Shown here: one piece after another, positions 29,740-40,709 of the stretch
How the letters are laid out: every line of letters begins with the position of its first letter
How positions within the stretch are numbered: the stretch's first letter is position 1
Position numbers and translations under genes: made by a program
Notes under the pieces: generated by a model
The model's database searches: none
What the model saw: only the letters and a program-made list of their open reading frames with translations
What the model was told of the DNA's origin: nothing
Assembly (NCBI GenBank): GCA_963674705.1
Contig: OY771506.1
Coordinates: 1,728,001 to 1,792,000, forward strand
Direction: 5' to 3'
Origin: Phycisphaeraceae bacterium
GTDB lineage: Bacteria > Planctomycetota > Phycisphaerae > Phycisphaerales > Phycisphaeraceae
Length of the DNA: 64,000 nucleotides

Positions 29740-30792
29740 ATGACTCTCGCCGCCTGGCTGCACAACCTGGACCCGATCCTGTTCCACGTAGGGCCGATCC
29801 CTATCCGTTGGTACGGCCTTGCCTACCTCGGCGGGTTCCTCGTTGCGTTTTTCCTCATCAAGCGCGTCTGCCGGGTTGGTGTCTCCAGCCTGAAACCGGA
29901 AAACGCGGCCGATCTCGTCGTGTCTGTGGCGATCGGTATCTTCGTTGGCGGTCGGCTCGGGTATGTCCTTTTCTATCAGCCAAGCTTGTTGTGGGAGTTC
30001 GAGTTCAGCAAGGATTTGCCTTTTTGGGGCGCCCCTTTTTGGGGTGCGCTAGCTGTCAACCACGGCGGCATGGCGAGCCACGGCGGGATGATCGGCGGCA
30101 TCATCGGCTGCCTCTACTATGCCCATCGATTCAAACACAGCAGCCTCTACCTTATCGACCTCTTCGCCTTCTCAGGGCCGATCGGCATCTTCTTCGGCCG
30201 ATGCGCCAACTTCATCAACGGCGAACTACTCGGCCGACCCTGCTCCCCCGACTTCCCGCTCGCAGTCAAGTTCCCGCAAGAAATGCTCGACGAGATGCCG
30301 ACCGAGCAGCTTTACCAGATTTACGACCAGTTACCCCCGCCCCAAACGATCGATACGCAACTGCAATACTGGGACCCGACAGCCATCATCGACCTGGTCC
30401 ATCGCGGCAACATGGTCGTCACCCACGCGATCGAACCGTTCCTGACCCCGCGCCACCCGTCGCAACTCTATGCCGCGGTGATGGAAGGCCTGATCGTGTT
30501 TGCGGTGCTCGGCATCCTATGGGCTAAACCCCGCAAGCCCGGGACGATTGCCGGCACCTTCGCGATGGTCTACGCCGTGATGCGCATCCTCGACGAGTTC
30601 TTCCGTATGCCCGATGCGCACATCATGGACCAGGAATTCGCCACCTATCACATCACCCGGGGCCAATGGCTAAGCGCCCTGCTCTTCATCGCCGGCCTCA
30701 TCATGTTCATCGCCGCTCAAAGATCGAAGAAAGAACCGATGGGGGGCTGGCGAACTGGGAAAAAAGATTTGGCCACCGATAAACACGGATGA
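29740..30792 (+). CDS. lgt: Prolipoprotein diacylglyceryl transferase
   Basis: IRWYGLAY, GGRLGYVLFY, GGMASHGG, GRCANFINGEL and RHPSQLY motifs. Confidence 0.95.
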   Translation: MTLAAWLHNLDPILFHVGPIPIRWYGLAYLGGFLVAFFLIKRVCRVGVSSLKPENAADLVVSVAIGIFVGGRLGYVLFYQPSLLWEFEFSKDLPFWGAPFWGALAVNHGGMASHGGMIGGIIGCLYYAHRFKHSSLYLIDLFAFSGPIGIFFGRCANFINGELLGRPCSPDFPLAVKFPQEMLDEMPTEQLYQIYDQLPPPQTIDTQLQYWDPTAIIDLVHRGNMVVTHAIEPFLTPRHPSQLYAAVMEGLIVFAVLGILWAKPRKPGTIAGTFAMVYAVMRILDEFFRMPDAHIMDQEFATYHITRGQWLSALLFIAGLIMFIAAQRSKKEPMGGWRTGKKDLATDKHG

Positions 30793-30963
30793 ACACAGAT
30801 AAGGCTAAAGGCAAAAAAGAAAGAGTGATCCACAGATTGCGCAGATGACGCAGATTAAGAAGAATTTATTCTTATGAACACTCTCTTATCTGCGCAATCT
30901 GTGTAATCTGCGGATAAACCCTCTTCCTCTTATCCGTGTTTATCCGTGTTCATCCGTGGCTAA
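30769..30963. repeat. Nested palindromic intergenic repeat, copy 1
   Basis: Outer arms GCCACCGATAAACACGGATGAACACAGATAAG / CTTATCCGTGTTTATCCGTGTTCATCCGTGGC; inner arms built from GCAGAT/ATCTGC units. Confidence 0.8.
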
Positions 30964-30972
30964 TTAAAAAAC

Positions 30973-31914
30973 TCACGCCAACTCGATCCGCGGATCGATC
31001 CACGCATAGGCCACGTCGACGATGAGGTTGAACGTGATGAGCATGGAGGAGTAGGTCAGCACGACGCCGAGGATCAGGAAGCGGTCGCCGTTGATGACGG
31101 AGTTGACGAAGTGTTCGCCCATACCGGGGATGCTGAAAAGTTTTTCGACGACGAACGAGCCGGTCATCACGCTCGCTGCGGCCGGGCCCATGAAGCTGAG
31201 CACTGGCAGGTACGCGACCTTCAGTGCGTGTTCGAACAGCGCCTTATGTCGTGATAAACCTTTCGCCCGCGCGGTGCGGATGTAGTCGCTGGACATGATG
31301 TCCGCCAGTCCGAGCCGCACCAGTCGCGCAATGTACGCTGCCGGCATGATACCCAGCGTGATCGCAGGCAAAATAAGATGACTCGGTGAACCCCACCCCC
31401 CGACGGGGAACCACTGCAACAATCCCGCGAACACCGCAAGCAACACAGATCCCGTGACGAAGTTCGGCAGGCTGATACCCACCAGTGCTACACCTAAACT
31501 TGATAAGTCCGTCAACCCCCCGGGCCGAAGCGCACCGATCACCCCGGACACCGTCCCGAGTAATAACGCCACTGCCAGCGCCGCCGACCCCAGCATTACA
31601 CTCACCGGCAGGCTGCCCCCGATGATGGTCGAAACGCGCTCGTCCTGATAGTGCATCGAGGGCCCGAAGTCAGGCCAGGCGTGCTCGCCGCCAAGGACGA
31701 TCCCTTTCAGATAACTCACACCAAAATAAAACGCTCCACGATCAAGGTTGTATTGCCGCATCATCGCGGCGCGGATCTCTGGCGCAAGCTCGCGGCCGTC
31801 CTCCCGGCTAAGCGGATCGCCCGGCGCTACCCAGACAAGCAACAGCGTCACCGTGAATATCGCCGCCAGGATCAGCGGGAACTGCACCAGACGCCAGAAG
31901 ATCAATCGAAACAT
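30973..31914 (-). CDS. oppB: Oligopeptide ABC transporter permease
   Basis: APGDP, DFGPS and DYIRTARAKGL (EAA loop); ends DPRI. Confidence 0.88.
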   Translation of the reverse strand: MFRLIFWRLVQFPLILAAIFTVTLLLVWVAPGDPLSREDGRELAPEIRAAMMRQYNLDRGAFYFGVSYLKGIVLGGEHAWPDFGPSMHYQDERVSTIIGGSLPVSVMLGSAALAVALLLGTVSGVIGALRPGGLTDLSSLGVALVGISLPNFVTGSVLLAVFAGLLQWFPVGGWGSPSHLILPAITLGIMPAAYIARLVRLGLADIMSSDYIRTARAKGLSRHKALFEHALKVAYLPVLSFMGPAAASVMTGSFVVEKLFSIPGMGEHFVNSVINGDRFLILGVVLTYSSMLITFNLIVDVAYAWIDPRIELA

Positions 31915-31957
31915 ATCACCTCGCCTGTCACCGGTCTTCGACTACACACAATTGTGA

Positions 31958-33715
31958 TTACTTCTTCTTGCCAGCGTTACGGTCGACCGAAATCAACTCA
32001 AAACGCAACTGGCTCCAACCGTTCAGCACAAGCCCTTTTACCTGCTCGGGATTGAACAGACCAACCTGCACCGGGTGATAGATCAGCACCATCGGTGATT
32101 CCTTCACCAGGATCGATTCCGCCTGACGCAACAATTCCAGACGCTTCTGCGAGTCTGTTGCCACCGATGCTTCATCCATCAACCGGTCGTACTCGTCGTT
32201 CTTCCACTTGGTGGTGTTGTTTTCATCATCACCGCGGCGGATATCAAGCCACGTCGTCGGGTCGGCGTAATCACCGTACCAGCCAGTTCGACGGATCGTG
32301 TAATCCTGGCTGCGCGCCCGGGCCGCACTGATCTTGGATTCCACACCCTCCAGTGTGACATCCACACCAAGCTCTTCTTTCCACATCTTCTTAATCGCCT
32401 GGGCGACGTTTTCGTGGCCCGCTCCCGTGTTGTACAGGATAGACAAACCGGAAATCCCTTCGCCGTCGGCGTGCCCCGCTTCGGCCAGCAACTCACGCGC
32501 AGCTTCCGGATCAAACCTTGGCCCGTCTTCCACCGGCGGGTGATAGAAGTTCAATGCGGTTGGCGGTACGAAGCTGTAAGCGCTCGGCTCATTCAGCCGT
32601 GTGATCGAGTGTGTGATCTCATCACGGTTCACCGCCATCGCCAAAGCTCGCCGAACGCGCGAGTCATAAAGCGGATTGTCCTCACCCGTCTTCAGCTTTG
32701 GCAGACAGTTAAGGTTGTAGAAGTAAGTCCCCGCCATCGGCGTTATATGCACATCACTGCGATCCTGTCGGACCAGGTCGTACGCAATCTCCGGGATAAC
32801 GCTGGGTACAAAATCGATCACGCCCGTTTCATAAAGCAGCAACTGCGACTGCTCGTTATTAACGATCAACTCCATCACGGAGCTGTTCTTAAGCGATTCC
32901 TTATTCCAGTAATATTCGTTCGCTTCACAATAGTTGTATTGACGGTACTTCCGATCCTTCAACGTATAAGGCCCGTTGCAGATCAACCTATGTGGATCAT
33001 TCCAATAGGTCGCGTCATCAAGTATCTGACCCGACTCGGCATTGAACGCCACCGCCGCACTCACACTCTTTTCATGCACCGGCAGATACGTCGCGAACGC
33101 CAGCATGTCGATGAAGTACTCGGTCCGCTGTCTCAGGTGAATAATCAGCGTCTGATCGTCCGGTGCTTCTAAGCCGACCATCTCAACAAACTTCTTCTCT
33201 GCCTCCGCCCACATCACCTTGGCATCTTCTTCCGAACCGCCAGCGGTGCTGTACTTATCGGTGTAGGCTTTGAGTTGATCGCTGCGCCAGTGGAAGAAGT
33301 CTTCCGCCCCCTTGATGAAGAACATGAAGTGCCCGTAGCCCGCCGCGGTGTCCGGCAGCATCGCGCGTCGCCAGGCATAAACAAAGTCGTGTGACGTCAC
33401 AGGATCGCCGTTCGACCACTTCGCATCCTCGCGGATATGGAACGTGTACGTCAGCCCATCCTCGGATATCTCCCAGCTCTCGGCCATCCCCGGGTACGTT
33501 TCCATGTTGCTGAAGTCGAGGATCACCAACGGCTCAAACATCGCCCGCGTCAGTTGGATGTCCATCAGGTAGGTCATCCGCTGCGGATCACGGCTGTTGT
33601 GCTCGCTGGTGATGGAAAAAACAAAGTCCGCCTCCGGTCGCGGGCTCCCGAGGCCCCCGATCAGGATCGGGACGGTGAACATGATCAGAATCAGCGCAAC
33701 AATCCGCTTAACCAT
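31958..33715 (-). CDS. oppA: Peptide ABC transporter substrate-binding protein
   Basis: AESWEISEDGLTYTFHIR..AKWSNGDPVT.HDF; GWYGDY.DP. Confidence 0.88.
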   Translation of the reverse strand: MVKRIVALILIMFTVPILIGGLGSPRPEADFVFSITSEHNSRDPQRMTYLMDIQLTRAMFEPLVILDFSNMETYPGMAESWEISEDGLTYTFHIREDAKWSNGDPVTSHDFVYAWRRAMLPDTAAGYGHFMFFIKGAEDFFHWRSDQLKAYTDKYSTAGGSEEDAKVMWAEAEKKFVEMVGLEAPDDQTLIIHLRQRTEYFIDMLAFATYLPVHEKSVSAAVAFNAESGQILDDATYWNDPHRLICNGPYTLKDRKYRQYNYCEANEYYWNKESLKNSSVMELIVNNEQSQLLLYETGVIDFVPSVIPEIAYDLVRQDRSDVHITPMAGTYFYNLNCLPKLKTGEDNPLYDSRVRRALAMAVNRDEITHSITRLNEPSAYSFVPPTALNFYHPPVEDGPRFDPEAARELLAEAGHADGEGISGLSILYNTGAGHENVAQAIKKMWKEELGVDVTLEGVESKISAARARSQDYTIRRTGWYGDYADPTTWLDIRRGDDENNTTKWKNDEYDRLMDEASVATDSQKRLELLRQAESILVKESPMVLIYHPVQVGLFNPEQVKGLVLNGWSQLRFELISVDRNAGKKK

Positions 33716-33797
33716 GAGTCACAGTGTACTGTGACAGCGAATTCATCGCATGATGATTACAGAATATTATGCCGTTTCGGGTCCGTCACGGCATACT

Positions 33798-35018
33798 TCA
33801 GGGATTAACCGCCCTGTAATCGCGTGAGATCGCCACTTTCCGGGCCGTGCTGGTCTTCACACCGACCAGCTCCACCTCGTATCGCAGGCTCGCGCCGGGC
33901 GGGATCACCCCGCCAGCCGCTCCGCGTGAGCCATATGCCAAATAAGGCGGGATCTCGATCAGCCGTTTTTCGCCCTCCTGCATCCCCGCCACGCCCAGGT
34001 CCCAGCCGGCGATCACATCGCCCGTCCCGATCCGTAATTCCGTCGGCTCACCACGCTGGTACGTGTCGTCATACGTCTCCTGCTCCCGGCCGACATAGGC
34101 CCGATAATTCACCAGTACCGTGTCGCCTGGCTTGGCGATCTCACCCTCGCCCAGCGATTCCGTCGTCAGCCGAACGCCCGGCAAAATTCCCACCAGTTCG
34201 ATATCAAACTTCAATGTCCCGTCCGGCACGACCACGATCCCCGGGTAGGGCCCGCACACCAGCTCCGGGCTCAGGATCAATCGACGCTTCTCACCGACGC
34301 GCATCCCGACCAGCCCCTCGTCCCAGCCACGCGGCACCTCGCCCGACCAGACAATGAATCCCACCGGCTTGCCCGGCGCCGACCGATCAAATTCCTTGCC
34401 ATCAAACGTCGAGCCGACGTAGTTGATCAAGACATACCGGCCCGCGATGGCCGTATCCCCCGTGCCCGTCTTGAGAATCTTGTATCGCAAACCCGAGGAA
34501 GTCGAGATGTATCCCTCGGCGGTCAATCCCTGCTCGTAGTTAACCTGCTGAATCTCAACCGCATCATTTTTAAACAGGTGTTCAGCCGACGCATTTTCGT
34601 CAGCCGGCACTTCGTTTTCATCCGGCGTATCCTGTGGCGCGTTCGGCAACGGCCCATTTGAGTTATAGGACTTGAAGAAGTACCAACTCACCGCCGCGAT
34701 GATCCCCGCAAGGATCAACAACACGATCCACCGCATCGCGCCCGGGCCTTTGGCTTTACCGGTCGCATCATGCACCTGGGCTTCACTTCGTATCTTGCCG
34801 ACCTGGCGTGCCGTTTCCATCTTCTCGATCAGATCAAGATAGCGCTGCTCATCTTTATCAGACCCTTTACGCGTCAGCGCGCCGTAGTAGCCGCTGCCGT
34901 CGCTGCGTTTGACCGCATAAAAGATGCGGCCCTCGCTGTCGCGGATCGCTCTTTCCAGGTCCTGATCGCGTACTTTGACAGGCTGGCCGTCGTGTGGGCT
35001 GTGCACGATGATCGCCAT
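33798..35018 (-). CDS. Membrane-anchored tandem FKBP-type peptidyl-prolyl isomerase
   Basis: Two FKBP domains (GWDEGLVGMRVGEKRRL; GWDLGVAGMQEGEKRLIEIPPYLAYG) after a TM helix. Confidence 0.85.
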   Translation of the reverse strand: MAIIVHSPHDGQPVKVRDQDLERAIRDSEGRIFYAVKRSDGSGYYGALTRKGSDKDEQRYLDLIEKMETARQVGKIRSEAQVHDATGKAKGPGAMRWIVLLILAGIIAAVSWYFFKSYNSNGPLPNAPQDTPDENEVPADENASAEHLFKNDAVEIQQVNYEQGLTAEGYISTSSGLRYKILKTGTGDTAIAGRYVLINYVGSTFDGKEFDRSAPGKPVGFIVWSGEVPRGWDEGLVGMRVGEKRRLILSPELVCGPYPGIVVVPDGTLKFDIELVGILPGVRLTTESLGEGEIAKPGDTVLVNYRAYVGREQETYDDTYQRGEPTELRIGTGDVIAGWDLGVAGMQEGEKRLIEIPPYLAYGSRGAAGGVIPPGASLRYEVELVGVKTSTARKVAISRDYRAVNP

Positions 35019-35215
35019 GAAAACTTGCTCCTTGCCACGAAACGAAAACAGCAGCTCAAAACCATGAGCTGATAATCCCTCACTTCATCGGCATGGCAGC
35101 ACGTTTATGGACACAACCAACAGAGATGACAACCAAATAACATCGGAACTTCTTTGCGTCCGCTGAAGTTACACCCTCAAGATGTTCTTAGGCCTTACCC
35201 GATCCAAGGCAGGCG

Positions 35216-35485
35216 ATGAACACACCTTCTCACGAGTCTTCCGTCAACGACACTCAAGCGCCGGCGTCTCTGCCCGTGGAGTCTGGAATGAGTAAGCAAC
35301 AGATGATCGAGATGATCCGTCAACGCAACCGTTCGGCCTCGAACGAATTCCTCATCAAGTTCGATGAAGAAGCACTGCGGAATTACCTGAGTCGCCTCAC
35401 CAAGCTCCAGGACCACCGCGGCCGCACCACCGTCTGGGTCCGCTCCGGCATCTCCCCCGCCTCCATCACACGCCAGTGCGCCTGA
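35216..35485 (+). CDS. Small hypothetical protein
   Basis: 89-aa ORF with plausible composition, MSKQQMIEMIRQRNRSASNEFL. Confidence 0.55.
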   Translation: MNTPSHESSVNDTQAPASLPVESGMSKQQMIEMIRQRNRSASNEFLIKFDEEALRNYLSRLTKLQDHRGRTTVWVRSGISPASITRQCA

Positions 35486-35513
35486 CTTCACACAAACTTC
35501 CGCTTTGTCCGAT

Positions 35514-35547
35514 CCCCTCTCCCCGCGGGAGAGGGCTAGGGTGAGGG
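35514..35547. repeat. REP-like palindrome
   Basis: CCCTCTCCCcgcGGGAGAGGGctaGGGTGAGGG, a widespread REP-like motif. Confidence 0.55.
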
Positions 35548-35738
35548 CCGGAATGATTGCGTGTCAGATAAAAACACAATCACGCAAGAAACCCGGGATT
35601 TCGTGTTGTTCGCGCACACCGAATCTTTCCCGCCAAGCCCTATAATCAACCGATACATAGTGTCTGACGACCTGATTTGCGTAATCAGCGTCAGCACTGG
35701 CCCCACCGCGGCGACCCAACAGTGAAGGTACTTCAGGC

Positions 35739-37271
35739 GTGAGACTTCAACCGCTCATTCAAGGGCTCGGGCTCCGGCACATATCCGGCTCGGCCGACGT
35801 TGAATGCTGCGATATCACCGACGACTCACGCCAGGTCACCCCCGGCTGCCTGTTCATCTCACGCGGATCAACCATACAAACACCCGCCTACATCCTGCAA
35901 GCCATCGACAGCGGCGCTGTTGCTGTTATCAGTGAACCGCTCGATACCGAGCCACTGCCCGATAATATCGCGCACTACGTCGCCGATGCCGTAGATCAAC
36001 GACTGGCAGGTAAACTCGCGGAGCGATTCTTCGGCGAACCCGCCAAGCGATTAACCCTCATCGGTATCACCGGGACCAACGGCAAGTCCACCATCGCCCT
36101 GCTCATCCAACACCTGCTCAAAGCAGCGAACATCCAAACGGGCGTCATCGGAACCATCTTCACCGATGACGGCACGCCCGACGGCCGAAAGCCCGCGAGC
36201 CTCACCACACCCGGCGCGATCGACTTCTCTCGTTCGTTAGCCCGCATGGCTGATGCCGGCTGCGACGCTGTGGCTGCGGAAGTTTCCAGCCACGCACTTG
36301 AGCAAGGCCGCGTCGATGTCGCCGCGTTCAAGGTAGGTTTGTTCACCAACCTCACGCAGGATCACCTCGACTACCACAAGACGATGCAGGCCTACGCCGA
36401 GGCAAAATCCATCCTCTTTGCGCACCTGCTCAAAGACGATGGTACCGCAGTCATCAATCTCGATGATGCATACGCCCAGGCCGTGCTCGCAGACTTCGCC
36501 GGTGACATCCGCTGGACTTCGCTCAAACAATCACAAACCGATCGGCCCGGCTCGCTTTGCTACGCCGACCAGGTCGAGCTGCGCGCCGATTCGAGCACCG
36601 CGCGATTTATCGGGCCTTGGGGCGAAATCAAAACCACCATCCCGCTGATCGGTGGCTACAACGTCTCCAACACGCTCCAGGCACTCGCCGCGGCACACGC
36701 GATGACTAACAGCAGCGACACCCTGCGAACCGCGCTGCAGACGCTGCCGCAAGTGCCCGGCCGACTCGAACGGGTCAGCCTCCCATCAGACAATGAAAAC
36801 CAGCCGGATATCCCCACCGTGCTGGTCGACTATGCACACACGCCCGATGCGCTCGAAAATGCGATGTCCGCACTGCGACCGTTAACGCCCGGCAAACTTA
36901 TTGTCATGTTCGGCTGCGGTGGCGATCGCGACCGCACCAAGCGCCCGCTCATGGCACAGGCCGCCTGCCGAAACGCCGACCTGATCTACCTCACCTCCGA
37001 CAACCCGCGCACCGAAGACCCCGACACCATCATCAAAGATGCGCTGGTTGGTATCCCCGAAGCGCGTAAGCCCGATCTCGTCGTCGACGCCGACCGCGCC
37101 AAAGCGATCCGTATGGCTGTGCTTGCAGGCAAGCCGGGCGATACCGTGTTGCTTGCCGGCAAGGGGCACGAAGACTACCAGACCATCGGCCGGGAGAACA
37201 TCCACTTCGACGACCGCGAACACGCTCAACAAGCCCTGATCCAATGGGCCTGCGAAAAGGCAGCCCAATGA
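35739..37271 (+). CDS. murE: UDP-MurNAc-tripeptide synthetase (mDAP-adding)
   Basis: GITGTNGKST, EVSSH, NLTQDHLDYH, DYAHTPD, DNPR (DAP specificity) and AGKGHE motifs. Confidence 0.95.
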   Translation: MRLQPLIQGLGLRHISGSADVECCDITDDSRQVTPGCLFISRGSTIQTPAYILQAIDSGAVAVISEPLDTEPLPDNIAHYVADAVDQRLAGKLAERFFGEPAKRLTLIGITGTNGKSTIALLIQHLLKAANIQTGVIGTIFTDDGTPDGRKPASLTTPGAIDFSRSLARMADAGCDAVAAEVSSHALEQGRVDVAAFKVGLFTNLTQDHLDYHKTMQAYAEAKSILFAHLLKDDGTAVINLDDAYAQAVLADFAGDIRWTSLKQSQTDRPGSLCYADQVELRADSSTARFIGPWGEIKTTIPLIGGYNVSNTLQALAAAHAMTNSSDTLRTALQTLPQVPGRLERVSLPSDNENQPDIPTVLVDYAHTPDALENAMSALRPLTPGKLIVMFGCGGDRDRTKRPLMAQAACRNADLIYLTSDNPRTEDPDTIIKDALVGIPEARKPDLVVDADRAKAIRMAVLAGKPGDTVLLAGKGHEDYQTIGRENIHFDDREHAQQALIQWACEKAAQ

Positions 37272-38689
37272 CCATGATCGATGCCACGCCCGCAACATGT
37301 TGGACGCCTGACTGGGTGCAGCGCATCACCATCGGCCATTGGCTCACTGCCGAACCCGACGCCACAACCAAACTCACCGGCATCTGCATCGACTCGCGCG
37401 CCATCAAGCCCGGCCAGGTCTTTCTCGCCGTCAAAGGCGCTAACTTCGATGGGCATGACTATATAGATGCAGCATTCAAGCAAAACGCAGCACTCGTCAT
37501 TATCGATCGCAAAGAAGCCGCCTCTAATATAGATGCGCCCGGCGTCCTGCTTGTTGATGATACGATCGAAGCACTTCAACAGCTCGCCGCCGACTATCGA
37601 AAGCATCTGAAGCAAGCAGGCTGCACCGTCATTGCCGTCGCCGGGTCGAACGGCAAAACAACAACACGCCACCTCATTCACACCACCCTCGCTTCAACGC
37701 TCAAAGGCACGCAATCACCAAAGAGCTTCAATAACCACATCGGTGTCCCGCTTACGCTGCTCGGCGCATCATTAGATGATGACTACCTCGTTGCTGAAGT
37801 CGGCACGAACCATCCGGGTGAAATAGACAGCCTCGGCAAGATCCTGCTGCCTGACGCAGCGGTCATCACTTGCATCGGTAACGAACACATGGAGTATTTC
37901 ATCGATCTCGATGGCGTCGCCAAAGAAGAAGCCGCCATCACCCAGTATCTGCCTGACGGTGCGCCTCTGTTCATCGAGCAAAACGCACTTAATTGGGTAA
38001 GCAAAGCTCCGACCTTTAACAAGTCTGTGCAAGTATTACCTTATAAGGCAAACCTTGTCAGTGATGCCCCCCCCAGCCGCTTGCGGCTTAGCGCTTCTGC
38101 CACCATCAACCTCCCCCTGCCTGCCCCCCACGACGCCACCAACGCCTCCGCCGCGATCCAAATCGCACGCTGGATGAACGTCGACGACGACCACATCAAG
38201 CAGGCCCTCGAAAACGCCACGCCCATGCCCGGTAGGCTCGTCATCAAACGCTTCGGCCCGGCCACCGTTATCGACGACACATACAACGCCAACCCCGACT
38301 CCGTTGCTGCCGCACTCGATGTACTCAAAAACTATGCCGCAGACTCAGGCGCCCGCCGCGTCGCCATCCTCGGAGATATGCTCGAACTCGGTGCGATCTC
38401 GAAACAATCCCACGAAAATATCGGCAAGGCGCTCGTGCAGCTAGCTCAATCAGGCAAACTCCAGCAAGCCACGCTGATCGGCCCGCTCATGGCTGACGCA
38501 GCCGACACAATCGCACAAGCCGATACCAACCTGCACACAGTGCACTACCCCGACATCAATGAACAAACCTTCAAGGCCATCACCGATTCACTCGAATCCG
38601 GCGATATCATCCTATGCAAAGGATCACGCGGCCTGATGCTCGAACGACTGGTCAAGATGATAGAAACACGGTTCACACAACAACCATAA
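37268..38689 (+). CDS. murF: UDP-MurNAc-tripeptide:D-Ala-D-Ala ligase
   Basis: GSNGKTTT, NNHIGVP, DDTYNANP, LGDMLELG and KGSRG motifs; ATGA overlap with murE. Confidence 0.95.
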   Translation: MTMIDATPATCWTPDWVQRITIGHWLTAEPDATTKLTGICIDSRAIKPGQVFLAVKGANFDGHDYIDAAFKQNAALVIIDRKEAASNIDAPGVLLVDDTIEALQQLAADYRKHLKQAGCTVIAVAGSNGKTTTRHLIHTTLASTLKGTQSPKSFNNHIGVPLTLLGASLDDDYLVAEVGTNHPGEIDSLGKILLPDAAVITCIGNEHMEYFIDLDGVAKEEAAITQYLPDGAPLFIEQNALNWVSKAPTFNKSVQVLPYKANLVSDAPPSRLRLSASATINLPLPAPHDATNASAAIQIARWMNVDDDHIKQALENATPMPGRLVIKRFGPATVIDDTYNANPDSVAAALDVLKNYAADSGARRVAILGDMLELGAISKQSHENIGKALVQLAQSGKLQQATLIGPLMADAADTIAQADTNLHTVHYPDINEQTFKAITDSLESGDIILCKGSRGLMLERLVKMIETRFTQQP

Positions 38690-38758
38690 AAAAACAATAC
38701 CGAAGCACCCCCGGCAGCGGTTGCGTCGGCGTATGATACACAGCAAACTGCCCCAAAC

Positions 38759-39967
38759 ATGATTTACTTACTCGTCAAACACTTTGAACAAGCGATCGAC
38801 AACAGCACCGTGCTGGGGCCGCTCGGTGTGTTCCGCTGGGTCGAGTTCCGCGCCGTCTTCGCCATCGTGATCAGCTTCCTCATCGTCGTGCTCTTCGGCA
38901 AACGTACCATCCGTTGGCTCGTCAAACAGAAAATCGGCGACAACCCGACGTTCGACCACAAAGACCTCGACCGCCTGATGAAGCAGAAGGCCAACACCCC
39001 CACCATGGGCGGCATCCTCATCGCCGGCTCGATCTACGCATCCATCCTCCTGCTGGCCAATGTCTACAACTTCTACGTCATCATGGCGCTGGTGTGCTTT
39101 ACCTGGCTGTTCGTTGTCGGGCTTGTCGACGACTGGCTCAAACTCACCACCGCCAGGCGAAAGCCCGGCTCTCGCCACGGACTATACTCCGGCGAAAAAC
39201 TGCTGCTGCAGATCGGGCTCGCTGTCATCCTCGGCCTATTCATCCATCATTGGGGCGATTCCAGTGTCCTCTTCCCCGACCCCGACGTGCAGAAGATGAG
39301 CCACAGCCTCACGCTGCCGTTGATGAAGACGTGGGTGTTCCAGGATGGGTCTTATGTCCCCTCGCCGAACCTCATCAAACTTGCGCCTTGGCCGTTCGTC
39401 CTGCTCACGATTTTTATCATCACGTATTCATCCAATGCCGTGAACCTCACCGACGGAATGGACGGCCTTGCAGGCGGGACGATGGTCATCGTCGCTTCCG
39501 CGTTCATGGTGCTCTGCTTCATCGCAGGCCACACCGCGGGTGACTTCGTATTAGCCAAACGCCTGCTCGTGCCGCACATCCCCTTCAGCGATGAACTGGC
39601 CGTCGTCGCCGGTGCGATGGTCGGCGCCTGTCTTGGTTTCCTGTGGTTTAACTGTTCGCCCGCGCAGGTCTTCATGGGCGATTCCGGTTCGCTGCCGCTC
39701 GGTGGTTTGCTTGGTTTCGTCGCCGTCGTGATCCGCCAGGAATTCCTGCTCATGGTCATCGGCGGAATCTTCTTCCTCGAAGCGTTCAGCGTTATATTGC
39801 AGGTCGGTTACTTCAAGCTCACCGGCGGTAAACGCATCTTCAAGTGCGCCCCCATCCACCACCACTTCCACCTCTCCGGCTGGACCGAACAGCAAGTCGT
39901 CGTCCGCTTCTGGCTCATCAGCGCACTACTGACCGCCATCGCGCTGGCAACCATCAAGCTGCGATAG
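38759..39967 (+). CDS. mraY: Phospho-N-acetylmuramoyl-pentapeptide transferase
   Basis: TPTMGG, NAVNLTDGMDGL, FMGDSGS and APIHHHF motifs. Confidence 0.96.
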   Translation: MIYLLVKHFEQAIDNSTVLGPLGVFRWVEFRAVFAIVISFLIVVLFGKRTIRWLVKQKIGDNPTFDHKDLDRLMKQKANTPTMGGILIAGSIYASILLLANVYNFYVIMALVCFTWLFVVGLVDDWLKLTTARRKPGSRHGLYSGEKLLLQIGLAVILGLFIHHWGDSSVLFPDPDVQKMSHSLTLPLMKTWVFQDGSYVPSPNLIKLAPWPFVLLTIFIITYSSNAVNLTDGMDGLAGGTMVIVASAFMVLCFIAGHTAGDFVLAKRLLVPHIPFSDELAVVAGAMVGACLGFLWFNCSPAQVFMGDSGSLPLGGLLGFVAVVIRQEFLLMVIGGIFFLEAFSVILQVGYFKLTGGKRIFKCAPIHHHFHLSGWTEQQVVVRFWLISALLTAIALATIKLR

Positions 39968-40060
39968 GTAAATGGTCAATGTTCAATGTGGAATCTTCAA
40001 TCGCAGAACTGCGATCGATGATCAATAGCCCTCAAGCCGCTCGCGGCTTAGCGCTCTTCC

Positions 40061-40516
40061 TCACGGCGCTGTATATTCCCCCGTCGTCTCGTCAAACCCA
40101 ACCCCGATCAGTACCGGCCGCTCGGTCACATCATATTCCCAACCGTCGCTTGATGTTCCTTCGCCGAACGTCGTTACACTGCTGCTGTTTGTAAATGGAT
40201 TAACCGGCACCATCTTCAGGTAAGGCCCGTAATCCCCCGTCGCGTTGAGCGTGCCATCCCGGTCGGACTTGCTTATTAGAGCGCCCCAAAGGTCGTCGAT
40301 GTCAGGGTACGTATCATCGTGATCAAACTTATAACGTTCCAGCGCCATGCGCGTCCCACGCATCGTGTCAAGCATGGCTGAAGACTTCGCTGTCGTCGTG
40401 GCATTGGTGAACTTCGGAACCACCAACGCCGCGAGGATCCCCAGCACGCTGATAACAATCATCAACTCGACCAGTGTAAAACCTGCATTCCGCCCGAGGT
40501 AACGTATCTGCATCAT
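40061..40516 (-). CDS. Prepilin-type (GspG/pseudopilin-like) protein
   Basis: GFTLVELMIVISVLGILAALVVP methylation motif; GPYL...P.NPF. Confidence 0.85.
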   Translation of the reverse strand: MMQIRYLGRNAGFTLVELMIVISVLGILAALVVPKFTNATTTAKSSAMLDTMRGTRMALERYKFDHDDTYPDIDDLWGALISKSDRDGTLNATGDYGPYLKMVPVNPFTNSSSVTTFGEGTSSDGWEYDVTERPVLIGVGFDETTGEYTAP

Positions 40517-40690
40517 CTAAAAAAACCTTCATGGAATCAATCTGTGGACTGCAACTGTTATCGTTCCATGACAATCAGATATCCAGTTCCAACCGCGCAG
40601 ATAATAGGTCCACCACGTTTATCAGCTATCACATCATGCGCACAGGGTTACTCGGTTTCCTTGCCTTCGAGCGCACAAATCCCGTACAGC

Positions 40691-40709
40691 TGTTATCCGT
40701 GTGATAACA
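40691..40709. promoter_or_regulatory. Perfect palindrome, candidate transcription-factor site
   Basis: TGTTATC-N5-GATAACA upstream of the pilin-like gene. Confidence 0.35.

Noticed and set aside
30769..30963. CRISPR array
   Set aside because: The repeats are inverted 9-10-nt units with no unique spacers and no cas genes; the same applies to the heptamer arrays.
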